Assembly (NCBI GenBank): GCA_016191085.1
Contig: JACPPJ010000070.1
Span: 6,123-70,122 of the forward strand
DNA from: Acidobacteriota bacterium
GTDB lineage: Bacteria > Acidobacteriota > Terriglobia > 2-12-FULL-54-10
Reading direction: 5' to 3'
DNA: 64,000 nt
Of this stretch, positions 47,803-57,563 are shown piece by piece. Below the pieces are notes generated by a model that did no database searches, was not told where the DNA came from, and saw only the letters and a program-made list of their open reading frames with translations. The translations under genes and the position numbers were made by a program. Every line of letters begins with the position of its first letter. The first letter of the stretch is position 1.

Positions 47803-49275
47803 TTATCGCATGACTGCGAGAACGGTGCGATTGGCGAATTCGATGAACGGATTTGGGTAGATTCCGATGATCAGCGTCATAGCGGCGGTCACGCCCAGCG
47901 CCACGCGGATTCCTGGAGACATGCTGGGCAGTTCTTTATCGATCGGCTCGCGCATGAACATCACGCTTACGATTCGGAAGTAATAGTAGAGCGCGACCGC
48001 GACATAGAGGACTGCGATGACAGCCAGCGTATAGTGCCCCGTTTCCAACAGGGAAAGAAAGATGAAATACTTTCCGAGGAAACCGGCGGTCGGCGGAATA
48101 CCGGCAAGCGAGAGAAGAAAGATCACCATCAATACGGCGGCAGTCGGGCTCTTGTACATCAATCCCGCCATGTCGTCTATCTCATCGCCGATCAGGTCGC
48201 GGCGCCGCATCGCGACAATCACGGTGAAAGCGCCAAGATTCATGAAGGCGTACACCAACAGGTAAATCGAGATGCCTTTCAGTCCTGTATCGTTGCCTGA
48301 GACCAGCCCTAACATTAGATACCCAACATGCGATATAGCCGAGTAGCCAAGCAGCCGTTTGATATTCGACTGGCTGATAGCAGCGAGATTGCCAAGCGTC
48401 ATGGTGGCAATGGAGACACCAATCAATAATGGCAGCCATTGATCGCGTACAGGCCCGAGCGGCACCATAAAAATCCGCAAAAACAACGCGAATGCTGCGG
48501 CTTTTGGTCCGACAGACATAAAAGCAGTTGTAGGGTGCGGCGCGCCTTCGTAAACGTCAGGCAACCATTGATGGAAGGGGACCGCGCCGATTTTGAAGAA
48601 CAATCCTGCCGCGAGCGTCACCACCGCCATCATAACCAGCGGATCACCCGCAGGCCGCTGCGCTAGCTTGGACTGAATCTCCACGAGATTCGTTGAGTTG
48701 CTGATGCCGTACAGTAGCGACATTCCATATGCCAGGATGCCGCTTGAAAATGCTCCCAGGAGCAGGTACTTGAGCGCGGCCTCGTTGGAGCGCCGGTCAC
48801 GCTTCAGAAAACCGGTGAGAATGTATATGGAAATGACCATCAGCTCGAGGGAGACGAACAGCGTGATCAGGTCCATGCCGGTGGCCAGCAGGATCATTCC
48901 GGCTGTGGCGAAAAGGATAATCGCGTAGTGCTCGCCGTGGTTTTCTTCTTCAATCTCCAGGTACCGGATGGAGATGATGATGGTGATGGCCGTGGAGATC
49001 AGGAATATCCAGGTGAAGAAGATGCTAAAGCTATCGAGAACGATTGCGCCACGAAACGCCTCATAGACGCCGGCGCCATCGCGATTCATTTGCGACTGAA
49101 TCATCCACATCGCGACGGATGCGAAGCCGACACCGACGAGAGCCGTAACGGCATTGAAGTACTTATTGTGCTTTTCCAGTAGCAGGTCCGTCAGCATGAC
49201 GCCCATTCCGAAGAGGACGAGCAGAATGACGGGTTTCAATACCAGGAAATCGCCCGGCGTGAAATATTCGTTCAT
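47803..49275 (-). CDS. nuoN: NADH-quinone oxidoreductase subunit N
   Basis: EAALKYLLLGA, FKIGAVPFHQWLPDVYEGAP and KRLLGYS. Confidence 0.96.
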   Translation of the reverse strand: MNEYFTPGDFLVLKPVILLVLFGMGVMLTDLLLEKHNKYFNAVTALVGVGFASVAMWMIQSQMNRDGAGVYEAFRGAIVLDSFSIFFTWIFLISTAITIIISIRYLEIEEENHGEHYAIILFATAGMILLATGMDLITLFVSLELMVISIYILTGFLKRDRRSNEAALKYLLLGAFSSGILAYGMSLLYGISNSTNLVEIQSKLAQRPAGDPLVMMAVVTLAAGLFFKIGAVPFHQWLPDVYEGAPHPTTAFMSVGPKAAAFALFLRIFMVPLGPVRDQWLPLLIGVSIATMTLGNLAAISQSNIKRLLGYSAISHVGYLMLGLVSGNDTGLKGISIYLLVYAFMNLGAFTVIVAMRRRDLIGDEIDDMAGLMYKSPTAAVLMVIFLLSLAGIPPTAGFLGKYFIFLSLLETGHYTLAVIAVLYVAVALYYYFRIVSVMFMREPIDKELPSMSPGIRVALGVTAAMTLIIGIYPNPFIEFANRTVLAVMR

Positions 49276-49278
49276 ATA

Positions 49279-50907
49279 TTATCGTCCGCCCTCCGTAGCC
49301 GGCGTGCCAGTCTGGATAGCTGCCGGAGCGGTGGCGGCTATTGGGGATGCAGGGATGGGAGTAGCCGTCCTGGAGGCCCCGGGACCTCCGAACGCCTCAG
49401 GGTGCGCTGCGTAATAATCCGGCCGCACACGTTGAATGATGTTGGCAACCGGTCTCTCTAGAACTTTGAAGAATGGCTTCGGATACAGTCCGATCCAGAA
49501 AGCCCAGATGACGAGCGGAACCAGCGTCATCACCTCACGGAAGTTGAGATCCTTCAACTTCTCGTTCTTGGGATTGTTCAGGGTTCCGAACATAGTCCGC
49601 TGATACAGCCATAGTAGGTAAGCTGCGCCGAGAATGATCCCCGCGACGGCGAATGCGGCCCAAACCTTGCTCTCCTCGAACGCTCCCTGCAAGATGACGA
49701 ACTCGCCAATGAAGCCGTTCAAGGTCGGAAGACCCAGGGAAGACATCATCATAATCATAAAGAAGGTGGCGAATACGGGCATGACGGTCGAGATACCGCC
49801 AAACTCCGAAATTTCGCGGGTGTGCCGCCGCTCGTAAATGAGTCCGACGATCAAGAAGAGTGCGCCGGTCGAGATGCCGTGATTGACCTGCTGAATGATG
49901 CTGCCGGCCACGCCGTTCGGATTCAGGGCGAACAGACCGAGAGTACAGAATCCCAGGTGGCTGACTGAAGAATAGGCCACCAGCCTCTTCATATCCTTCT
50001 GCATTAGGCTGACCAGCGCGCCGTAAATAATAGCGACAATCGACAGGAAGATCATGGCGCGGACAATGCGGGAATCGCTTGATGCATTCGGCAGCATGGG
50101 CAATGAGAATCGCAGGAAACCATATGTTCCCATTTTCAGCAGAACGCCAGCCAGTATGACCGAGCCGGCGGTGGGCGCTTCCACGTGCGCGTCAGGAAGC
50201 CAGGTGTGGAACGGGAACATCGGCACTTTGATGGCGAAACCGACGAAGAACGCCAAAAACACCCAGATCTGTATATTCGTCGGCATCGTCAGTTGCTGGA
50301 GCGCAGGAATGTCGAACGTGTAGATGCCCGTCTGCGTGTGATTCCAGAAGTACAGCATCAGGATACCGAGGAGCATCAGTACCGAACCGACCAGCGTGTA
50401 GATGAAGAACTTGATTGCGGCGTAGAGCTTGCGTGGACCTCCCCAGATTCCAATGAGAAAGTACATCGGGACCAGCATGACTTCCCAAAACACGTAAAAC
50501 AGGAAGAAATCCAGAGCCATGAATACGCCGAGCATCCCAGATTGGAGGGTCAGCATGAAGACGTAGTATTCCTTCACGCGGTCTTCAATGGCTGTCCAAG
50601 ACGACAGGATGGCGATGGAGCCCAGTAGCGTAGTCAGCATGATCAGCAGCAGGCTGATGCCGTCGATGCCGAGCGCGTAGTTGGCGCCGATGGACGGAAT
50701 CCAAATGGCCTTTTCCACGAACTGGAAGCCGTCTTTGGAGCTGTCAAACCAGAACGCTAACGGCAGAGAGACCACGAAGCCGGCCAGAGCGATCAAATTG
50801 GCCAGCCAGCGGATCAGGTTCTTCTGCTCCTTCGGCACGAAAAGCAGCAAAATCGCGCCCGCCAGCGGCAGGAAGAGCACGATGCTCAAGATGTGATTGT
50901 TGAACAT
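49279..50907 (-). CDS. nuoM: NADH-quinone oxidoreductase subunit M
   Basis: FWEVMLVP and HTWLPDAHVEAPTAGS. Confidence 0.96.
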   Translation of the reverse strand: MFNNHILSIVLFLPLAGAILLLFVPKEQKNLIRWLANLIALAGFVVSLPLAFWFDSSKDGFQFVEKAIWIPSIGANYALGIDGISLLLIMLTTLLGSIAILSSWTAIEDRVKEYYVFMLTLQSGMLGVFMALDFFLFYVFWEVMLVPMYFLIGIWGGPRKLYAAIKFFIYTLVGSVLMLLGILMLYFWNHTQTGIYTFDIPALQQLTMPTNIQIWVFLAFFVGFAIKVPMFPFHTWLPDAHVEAPTAGSVILAGVLLKMGTYGFLRFSLPMLPNASSDSRIVRAMIFLSIVAIIYGALVSLMQKDMKRLVAYSSVSHLGFCTLGLFALNPNGVAGSIIQQVNHGISTGALFLIVGLIYERRHTREISEFGGISTVMPVFATFFMIMMMSSLGLPTLNGFIGEFVILQGAFEESKVWAAFAVAGIILGAAYLLWLYQRTMFGTLNNPKNEKLKDLNFREVMTLVPLVIWAFWIGLYPKPFFKVLERPVANIIQRVRPDYYAAHPEAFGGPGASRTATPIPASPIAATAPAAIQTGTPATEGGR

Positions 50908-50968
50908 TCTCTGTGAGTCCCTCTGTCAAGCGATCTCTGGACTGGCAAGGGCCAGCCGGAATCGGAAG

Positions 50969-53023
50969 TCAGCGTATTAAGTAATAGCTGAAAAAAATCA
51001 ACACTCCGAACACGATAAATAATGCGTAGACTTGCACCAAGCCCGTCTGCAACAGCCGGACGGGGTAGGAAAGCACCTTCACTGTGAACGAACTCAGCCG
51101 CACCGCGCCATCGATCACCCACGTGTCCCACCAGATTGACAGGCGCGAGGTGAGCAGCGTCAACCAAGCGGAGCCGTTCACGCCTCCGTCCACGATGCGC
51201 GCGTCAAAGCGGCCCAGCGCGGTGCCGCCACCCTTCGCAAAGCCATCGACGAACACGGCGTTATAGACTTCGTCCACGTAATACTTGTTGTAAAGCAGCC
51301 GCTGCACGCCCGGTACAGTCTGCACAATACGATCCGCGGCCTCAGGGCGCCGGATGAAGAAATACCATGCGATGAAGACGCCGAAGGCGCCTACGGCAAC
51401 TGAGAGAAACATAAACAGGTATTCTTGCGCCGCCGCCCCGTGTTCCGCTTCGTGTGCCAGCAGCTTTGAAGAATGCTCGAACACCGGTTCGAGCCACGTC
51501 TCCAAACGATTGCTCCCGCCGAGAATCCTCGGCCAGCCCACCCATCCGCCGACGATCGACAGCACTGCTAGGGTCATCAGCGGGATGGTCATGGTTTTTG
51601 GCGATTCGTGGATGTGGTGTTCTACTTCATGATCCACGCGCGATTGTCCGAAGAATGTCAGAAACACCAGACGCCAGATGTAGAGTGCCGTCAGTCCGGC
51701 TGTTACGAAGCCGACGACCCAGAGCAGCAGTCCCGCGTGAGTCTCGGCAGAAAATGCCTTCCAAAGGATTTCATCCTTACTGAAGAAGCCCGCAAACGGC
51801 GGCGCGCCTATGATAGCCAGCGATGCAATAAAGAAGGTCCAGAACGTAACTGGAATCTTGTGTCGCAGGGCGCCCATCTTGCGCATGTCCTGCTCGCCGG
51901 AAAGCGCGTGAATGACGCTGCCCGATCCAAGGAAGAGCAGGGCCTTGAAGAAGGCGTGCGTCATGAGATGGAAAATTCCCGCGCCGTATGCACCTACGCC
52001 GCAGGCCAGAAACATGTAGCCGAGCTGGCTGACGGTGGAGTAAGCCAGCACGCGCTTGATGTCGTACTGAGCCAGACCAATCGTAGCCGCGAAAATCGCT
52101 GTCAAAGCGCCTACGCCGGCGACCATCGCCATAGTTTGCGGCGACAGGGAGAAGAGGACATTCGAGCGCGCCACCATGTAGACCCCGGCGGTGACCATCG
52201 TCGCAGCGTGGATCAAGGCGCTGACCGGTGTCGGGCCTTCCATTGCGTCGGGCAGCCAAACGTAAAGCGGGATCTGCGCCGATTTTCCGGTTGCGCCGAT
52301 GAACAGCAGCAGTGTCATAAGCGCGACAGTCGCGTCACCGGAAGTTAGCAATCCGGTTTCGACCTGCCGGTTCACCTCGCCAAAAACGCTGGTAAATCGG
52401 AGTGAGCCGAACGTCGCGAGCATCAGCAGCACGCCGAGTACGAACCCGGCGTCGCCGATTCGGTTCACGATGAATGCTTTAATGCCGGCCTTGGTAGCCG
52501 AATCGCGGAGGAAATAGAACCCGATCAGCAGATAAGAGCAGAGACCAACGCCTTCCCACCCGACGAACAGCAGCAGGTAGTTATTGGCCAGAACCAGCGT
52601 GAGCATGAAGAATATGAAAAGGTTCAGGTAGCCGAAGAAGCGGTGGTAACCGGCTTCATGTCCCATGTAGCCCACGGAGTATACGTGGATGAGGAAGCCA
52701 ACGCCCGTCACCACCAGAATCATCACCGAGGAAAGCGGATCGAGCAGGAATCCCCAGTCGGCCTGCAGGTGACCCATCTGGCCGTTGGTCAGGTGGAATG
52801 GGCCGCCGGGCAGCCAGGTATAAAGAATCTTTTCGTAAGAGTGCTCGGACAGGCGAGCGAGCTGTAAAACGGCCCCCAGCGACATGAGGAAAGATACCAG
52901 CACCGTTCCGGGGCAGATCACGCTCACGGCGGCTTTGGGCAGTTTCTTGCCAAACAGCAGCATTAGAATGGCGCCTGCAGCCGGGAACAGCGGAATCATC
53001 CAAATGGAATCGAGAAAATTCAT
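50969..53023 (-). CDS. nuoL: NADH-quinone oxidoreductase subunit L
   Basis: GKSAQIPLYVWLPDAMEGPTPVSALIHAATM. Confidence 0.97.
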   Translation of the reverse strand: MNFLDSIWMIPLFPAAGAILMLLFGKKLPKAAVSVICPGTVLVSFLMSLGAVLQLARLSEHSYEKILYTWLPGGPFHLTNGQMGHLQADWGFLLDPLSSVMILVVTGVGFLIHVYSVGYMGHEAGYHRFFGYLNLFIFFMLTLVLANNYLLLFVGWEGVGLCSYLLIGFYFLRDSATKAGIKAFIVNRIGDAGFVLGVLLMLATFGSLRFTSVFGEVNRQVETGLLTSGDATVALMTLLLFIGATGKSAQIPLYVWLPDAMEGPTPVSALIHAATMVTAGVYMVARSNVLFSLSPQTMAMVAGVGALTAIFAATIGLAQYDIKRVLAYSTVSQLGYMFLACGVGAYGAGIFHLMTHAFFKALLFLGSGSVIHALSGEQDMRKMGALRHKIPVTFWTFFIASLAIIGAPPFAGFFSKDEILWKAFSAETHAGLLLWVVGFVTAGLTALYIWRLVFLTFFGQSRVDHEVEHHIHESPKTMTIPLMTLAVLSIVGGWVGWPRILGGSNRLETWLEPVFEHSSKLLAHEAEHGAAAQEYLFMFLSVAVGAFGVFIAWYFFIRRPEAADRIVQTVPGVQRLLYNKYYVDEVYNAVFVDGFAKGGGTALGRFDARIVDGGVNGSAWLTLLTSRLSIWWDTWVIDGAVRLSSFTVKVLSYPVRLLQTGLVQVYALFIVFGVLIFFSYYLIR

Positions 53024-53027
53024 CGCG

Positions 53028-53336
53028 CTACCATTTCATCAGGTCAATTTCGTCGGCGTTTATGGTTTCCTTGTTGCGGAACAAAGCGATGATGATGCCC
53101 AGTCCCACCGCAGCCTCCGCCGCAGCGTCCACAATGATGAAGACAGCAAAGGCTTGTCCGTTAATCGAGAGCAACTGCTTTGAGAACGCCACCAGGTTGA
53201 TGTTCACCGCGTTGAGGATCAGCTCGATGGACATGAGAATAATCACCACGTTACGGCGGGTGAGCACGCCGATGGTGCCGATGGTGAAAAGCGCCGTGCT
53301 CAAAAATATGTAATGAGCCGTTGTAACCTCTGGCAC
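53028..53336 (-). CDS. nuoK: NADH-quinone oxidoreductase subunit K
   Basis: RRN...LMSIELILNAVN and AAEAAVGL. Confidence 0.96.
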   Translation of the reverse strand: MPEVTTAHYIFLSTALFTIGTIGVLTRRNVVIILMSIELILNAVNINLVAFSKQLLSINGQAFAVFIIVDAAAEAAVGLGIIIALFRNKETINADEIDLMKW

Positions 53337-53346
53337 GAATCTTCTC

Positions 53347-53931
53347 CTAGATTTCCTTCTTCGCCATTACGACCGCGCCTACAATCGCTACAAGAAGCAG
53401 CACGGAAGCGATCTCGAATGGCAGCAGGTAATCGCGGTACAGAGCGCAGGCGATCAGTTCAGTATTAGGTTGCAGGAAACCTCCAGGCCCAAGTCCTGGA
53501 ATATCCCGGCAGGACTTCAAAAACTCAATGACGGCGGCGTCCGGGTTTAACGTGCCGGTGCCAGTATCGCCAAACCGGAACGATTCCCTGCCCTTTACGA
53601 TGAAATAAGCGAGTTCCGCCATGAGCGCCAAGGCGCATCCGACAGCAATGGTCCACTGATGATTGAACTGGCGCTGCTTGGCGGCTTCATCCAGATTGAC
53701 TAGCATGATCACGAACAGAAACAGCACCATGATGCCGCCGATATAGACCAGCACCTGCACAGCGGCCAAAAATTCGGCGTGCTGATTCAGATAAATACCC
53801 GCGACACCGAGGAGGGTAACGATCAGCCAAATGGCGCTGTGCACCGCGTTGCGGCGTGTAATCGTCAGGATCGCCCCGCCGAGAATAATGGCGGACAGCA
53901 GGTAGAAGAAAAACCCTGGTAAGACGTTCAT
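53347..53931 (-). CDS. nuoJ: NADH-quinone oxidoreductase subunit J
   Basis: AEFLAAVQVLVYIGGIMVLFLFVIML and PFEIASVLLL. Confidence 0.95.
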   Translation of the reverse strand: MNVLPGFFFYLLSAIILGGAILTITRRNAVHSAIWLIVTLLGVAGIYLNQHAEFLAAVQVLVYIGGIMVLFLFVIMLVNLDEAAKQRQFNHQWTIAVGCALALMAELAYFIVKGRESFRFGDTGTGTLNPDAAVIEFLKSCRDIPGLGPGGFLQPNTELIACALYRDYLLPFEIASVLLLVAIVGAVVMAKKEI

Positions 53932-53987
53932 AACGTTGATTTAGCGCGATCAGCTTTCAACTCTGACTGCTGATCGCTGGTTGCTGG

Positions 53988-55160
53988 TTAAGAGCCTTTC
54001 AATACCATTACGATTCCGGTGACAATCACGTTTGCAATCGCCAGAGGAATCAGCCAGTGCCATCCGATGTTCATCAACTGGTCGTACCGGTAGCGCGGGA
54101 AAGTGAAGCGGACCCAGATGAAACCGTAAATACACAAAGCGACCTTCAAGCTGAACCAGAACAACCCTTGAATCCAGGTCAGCACTGCGGGCATCGCGAA
54201 CAGGCCGGCCAGCATGAGGCAGACGATACCAAGGCCGGCCATGCCGATCTTTTCTGGCGGACGGCTTTCGCGGCCCGCTCCCATAAACGACAACCCAGCG
54301 AGGACGATCATGGCTATGATGGGGGTATAGCGCAGGAAATCGAGCGCCTGAACGTTGGGAAACGGCCGTAGCCAGCCGCCGAAAAAGAGCGTAACGGCTA
54401 TGGCAGAGACCACCACGATGTTGGAATATTCGGCCAGGAAATAAAGAGAGAAGCGGAAACCGCTATACTCCGTGTGATATCCGGCAACAATTTCGGATTC
54501 AGCTTCCGGCATATCGAACGGCGCGCGGTTGGTTTCAGCCAGCGCGGCGACCACATAGATGAAGCAGGCCACCGGCTGATAAAAGACGAACCACATGCCG
54601 GCGTCAAGCTGCGCCTTTACGATCCCTTGCATGCTGAGCGTGCTGGCCACCATCAATCCGCCGATCAGCGCGAATCCAAGCGCAACTTCATAACTCACGA
54701 GCTGCGCCGCGGAACGGAGAGCGCCCAGTAAAGGGTAATGACTGTTCGAACTCCAGCCGCCCAGAATAATGCCGAGAATGCCGACCGAAGATACCGCCGT
54801 TATGAAGAGCAGCCCGATGTTCACATCAGTGATATAGAACTTATCGCTGAAGGGAATGACCGAGAAGGACACGAACGCTGCGGTAACGGAGATGACCGGC
54901 GCCAGCCAAAATACCCATTTGTCGGCGTTTGCGGGAATGATGTCTTCTTTGATCAGCAGCTTGACAGCGTCTGCGATAGGTTGGAGCAGCCCGTGAGGAC
55001 CCACCCGCATCGGTCCCAACCGCACCTGGATGTCGGCCATGACTTTCCGTTCGAGCAGCACGATGTATCCGGCGACCAACGGAAACACCAGTATGATAAT
55101 CAGGATAAAAATTGTTGGCCAGAAGTATGGCTGAAACGCGGCGGGTAGTTGCAAGGGCAA
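53988..55160 (-). CDS. nuoH: NADH-quinone oxidoreductase subunit H
   Basis: GLLQPIADAVKL, ETNRAPFD..EAESE and PRYRYDQL. Confidence 0.96.
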   Translation of the reverse strand: MPLQLPAAFQPYFWPTIFILIIILVFPLVAGYIVLLERKVMADIQVRLGPMRVGPHGLLQPIADAVKLLIKEDIIPANADKWVFWLAPVISVTAAFVSFSVIPFSDKFYITDVNIGLLFITAVSSVGILGIILGGWSSNSHYPLLGALRSAAQLVSYEVALGFALIGGLMVASTLSMQGIVKAQLDAGMWFVFYQPVACFIYVVAALAETNRAPFDMPEAESEIVAGYHTEYSGFRFSLYFLAEYSNIVVVSAIAVTLFFGGWLRPFPNVQALDFLRYTPIIAMIVLAGLSFMGAGRESRPPEKIGMAGLGIVCLMLAGLFAMPAVLTWIQGLFWFSLKVALCIYGFIWVRFTFPRYRYDQLMNIGWHWLIPLAIANVIVTGIVMVLKGS

Positions 55161-55186
55161 CTCGGGGGCCTCCTCGAACGGACTTA

Positions 55187-55470
55187 TAAGGGCACAGCTT
55201 TAGCAGGCTGCTGAAAAATGCCTGTGGATGCCATCCTGAAGACCGGCGCTTTTTGCCGGGCTGAAGGATCTGCTTTTGTTTTCAATACGGCCAGAGAAAG
55301 CAGATTCCTCGCTGCGCGCGGAATGACATCATCGGAACATTTTTCAGCAGCCTGTTAGCCGTGCCGTAGCTCCAGCCTTCGCTGGCCCTTAGGCTCTGAA
55401 GTTCAAGCTCTCAGTGGCGGAAGCCGGAACGTTCCTGTCATATTTCGGCATGGCTGAAGCCATGCCCTTA
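55187..55470. repeat. REP/REPIN-like unit interrupted by a MITE
   Basis: TAAGGGCA...TGCCCTTA ends with GGCAYGGCT/AGCCRTGCC hairpins, related to 58968-59099 and 62252-62376. Confidence 0.8.
55204..55354. mobile_element. 151-bp MITE
   Basis: Perfect 17-bp TIR CAGGCTGCTGAAAAATG; TTAG duplicated at 55200-55203 and 55355-55358. Confidence 0.88.
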
Positions 55471-55483
55471 GGACTTTTCAACT

Positions 55484-56605
55484 CTACCGGTCTACTTCGC
55501 CCAAGACAATGTCGATGGTGCCGATGATAGCGACCACATCGGCGATTAAGTGCCCGCGCACCATTCGGTCGAGGGCCTGCAAATTAATGAATGATGGCGG
55601 CCGCACTCTAACGCGGTATGGCTGCGTGCTCCCGTCGCTTACCACCAGATATCCAAGCTCTCCCTTGGGCGCTTCAATCGAGTGGTAAACTTCACCCGGA
55701 GGCGGCTTCATGATCTTGGGTACCTTCGCCATGATGGGGCCGTCAGGCAGGCGGTCTACGGCTTGGCGAGTAATACGGATGGCCTGCCGCATCTCTTCCA
55801 TTCTCACCATGTACCGGTCGAACGTGTCGCCGTTTTCACCTGTGGGAATATCGAATTCAAAATCGCTATACGCTGCGTACGGCTTCGCTTTGCGCAGGTC
55901 CCACTTTACTCCGCTGGCGCGCAGCAACGGACCCGTGACACCCAGATCAATGGCTGCTTCCGCCGTGAGAATGCCAATCCCCTTGGTCCGCTCCAGCCAG
56001 ATCCGGTTTCCGGTGAGCAGGGCCTCATATTCTGCGACCTTGCTCGGGAATACGTCGCAGAACTTCCTCACCTGGTCTTCGAAACCCTCGTAGGTCTCAT
56101 ACTGCAGACCGCCGATGCGGAACGCATGAGTAGTCAGCCGAGCCCCGCAGTAGGACTCGAATATCTTCAAAATCTCTTCGCGCTCACGGAAGCAATAGAA
56201 CAAAGGCGTGATGGCGCCGATGTCGAGCGCATGCGTGCCCAGCCAGAGCAGGTGACTGGATATGCGGTTCAGCTCCGTCAGGATGGTGCGGACGTAGCGC
56301 GCGCGGGGCGGCGCTTCGACGTTCAACAGTTTCTCGACGGCCTCGCAGTATCCCAGGCCGTTGGACACTGCGGCCACGTAGTCCATCCTGTCTACGTAGG
56401 GGTTGAATTGTACCCAGGTGCGGTGCTCAGCGATCTTTTCCACACCGCGATGCAGGTATCCGATCACGCAATCGGCGCCCAGGATCTTCTCGCCATCGAG
56501 CTTCAGGATGACGCGCAGCACTCCGTGCGTGGAGGGGTGCTGCGGTCCCATATTGATGATGACTTCGTTGGAGTCCAGGAACGTGGCCGTGGGCACGCTG
56601 CTCAT
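55484..56605 (-). CDS. nuoD: NADH-quinone oxidoreductase subunit D
   Basis: [22 protein letters not shown] and GEVDR. Confidence 0.97.
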   Translation of the reverse strand: MSSVPTATFLDSNEVIINMGPQHPSTHGVLRVILKLDGEKILGADCVIGYLHRGVEKIAEHRTWVQFNPYVDRMDYVAAVSNGLGYCEAVEKLLNVEAPPRARYVRTILTELNRISSHLLWLGTHALDIGAITPLFYCFREREEILKIFESYCGARLTTHAFRIGGLQYETYEGFEDQVRKFCDVFPSKVAEYEALLTGNRIWLERTKGIGILTAEAAIDLGVTGPLLRASGVKWDLRKAKPYAAYSDFEFDIPTGENGDTFDRYMVRMEEMRQAIRITRQAVDRLPDGPIMAKVPKIMKPPPGEVYHSIEAPKGELGYLVVSDGSTQPYRVRVRPPSFINLQALDRMVRGHLIADVVAIIGTIDIVLGEVDR

Positions 56606-57258
56606 TGGCCGCTCTCAATGTGCAGGTTTTCACGCACCCACTTCACGTCCTGCTGGATGATGCTGTAGTCCTTGCGGAGGGGATGTCCCTCCCATTCGTC
56701 CGGCAATAGAATGCGCTTGAGATTGGGGTGATTTGCGAACCGGATGCCGAACATGTCAAAGGCTTCCCGCTCCAGCCAGTCGGCTGCTGCCCACACTGCC
56801 ACAACGCTCTCGATGCTCTCGTCCTCGGCAAGCGGCGCTTTCAGGCGAAGTTGCTCGTTGCGCGGAAAGGAGTAGAGCTGGTAAATCACTTCAAAACGCT
56901 TCTCGCGCCTGGGGTAGTCAACCGCCGTCAGGTCAGTGAGCATGTCGAACTTGCATTCGGATTTCAAATAGAGCGCGATGGGAAGAATGCTTTCGCTCGG
57001 GAGAATCAGAAAATTCTGATGCAAGTAGGTCAAAGCCTCGATCGCGATGCCCGGAAAGGCTCCGCGAATCGCGGTAACTAGCTCGCTTTCCCACGGAGTT
57101 GGCGCCGGTCCCGCTGCTTTGGGGGGAGCGGCTTTGGCCGCTTCTTTGGCTTCTGCTTCGGGCTTGGCGCCAGCGCCTGGCTTGGCAGCCGCCGGCTGAG
57201 ACGGCCCAGCCGGCGCGGTACCGCTTGTGGGTTGCTCTGGCTGTTTTTCGTCCGGCAT
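56602..57258 (-). CDS. nuoC: NADH-quinone oxidoreductase subunit C
   Basis: [21 protein letters not shown] and GHPLRKDY; Pro/Ala-rich N-terminus. Confidence 0.94.
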   Translation of the reverse strand: MPDEKQPEQPTSGTAPAGPSQPAAAKPGAGAKPEAEAKEAAKAAPPKAAGPAPTPWESELVTAIRGAFPGIAIEALTYLHQNFLILPSESILPIALYLKSECKFDMLTDLTAVDYPRREKRFEVIYQLYSFPRNEQLRLKAPLAEDESIESVVAVWAAADWLEREAFDMFGIRFANHPNLKRILLPDEWEGHPLRKDYSIIQQDVKWVRENLHIESGQ

Positions 57259-57563
57259 TGAGTGACACCTATCGTGAACCTGGACGCTCGCGAAACTCTC
57301 ATAAATATCACACGCCCCAAAGGGTGTCAACAACAACCGGGGTATGGTATAGCCTATGCACTTCGTATCCCCCCTGTGGAGTTGAAGTGTGTTAGTCAGA
57401 AGAGCCATCAAGGCCACTTGGCGGCTCTTCCAGCAAATCTCGGAGACCAAGGTATCTGGGGATTCGGGTGCTGATCTCGCCTCGGCCGGATAGGCCGGAC
57501 CATTGAACAAAAACCGATCAAACTCGAAGGAGTTGCCCTCGGCACAGAGTTGAATGCCGATCA

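Noticed and set aside
55484..56605. NiFe-hydrogenase large subunit as an explanation for the reduced operon
   Set aside because: No CxxC Ni-binding motifs at either terminus; the motifs are canonical NuoD.
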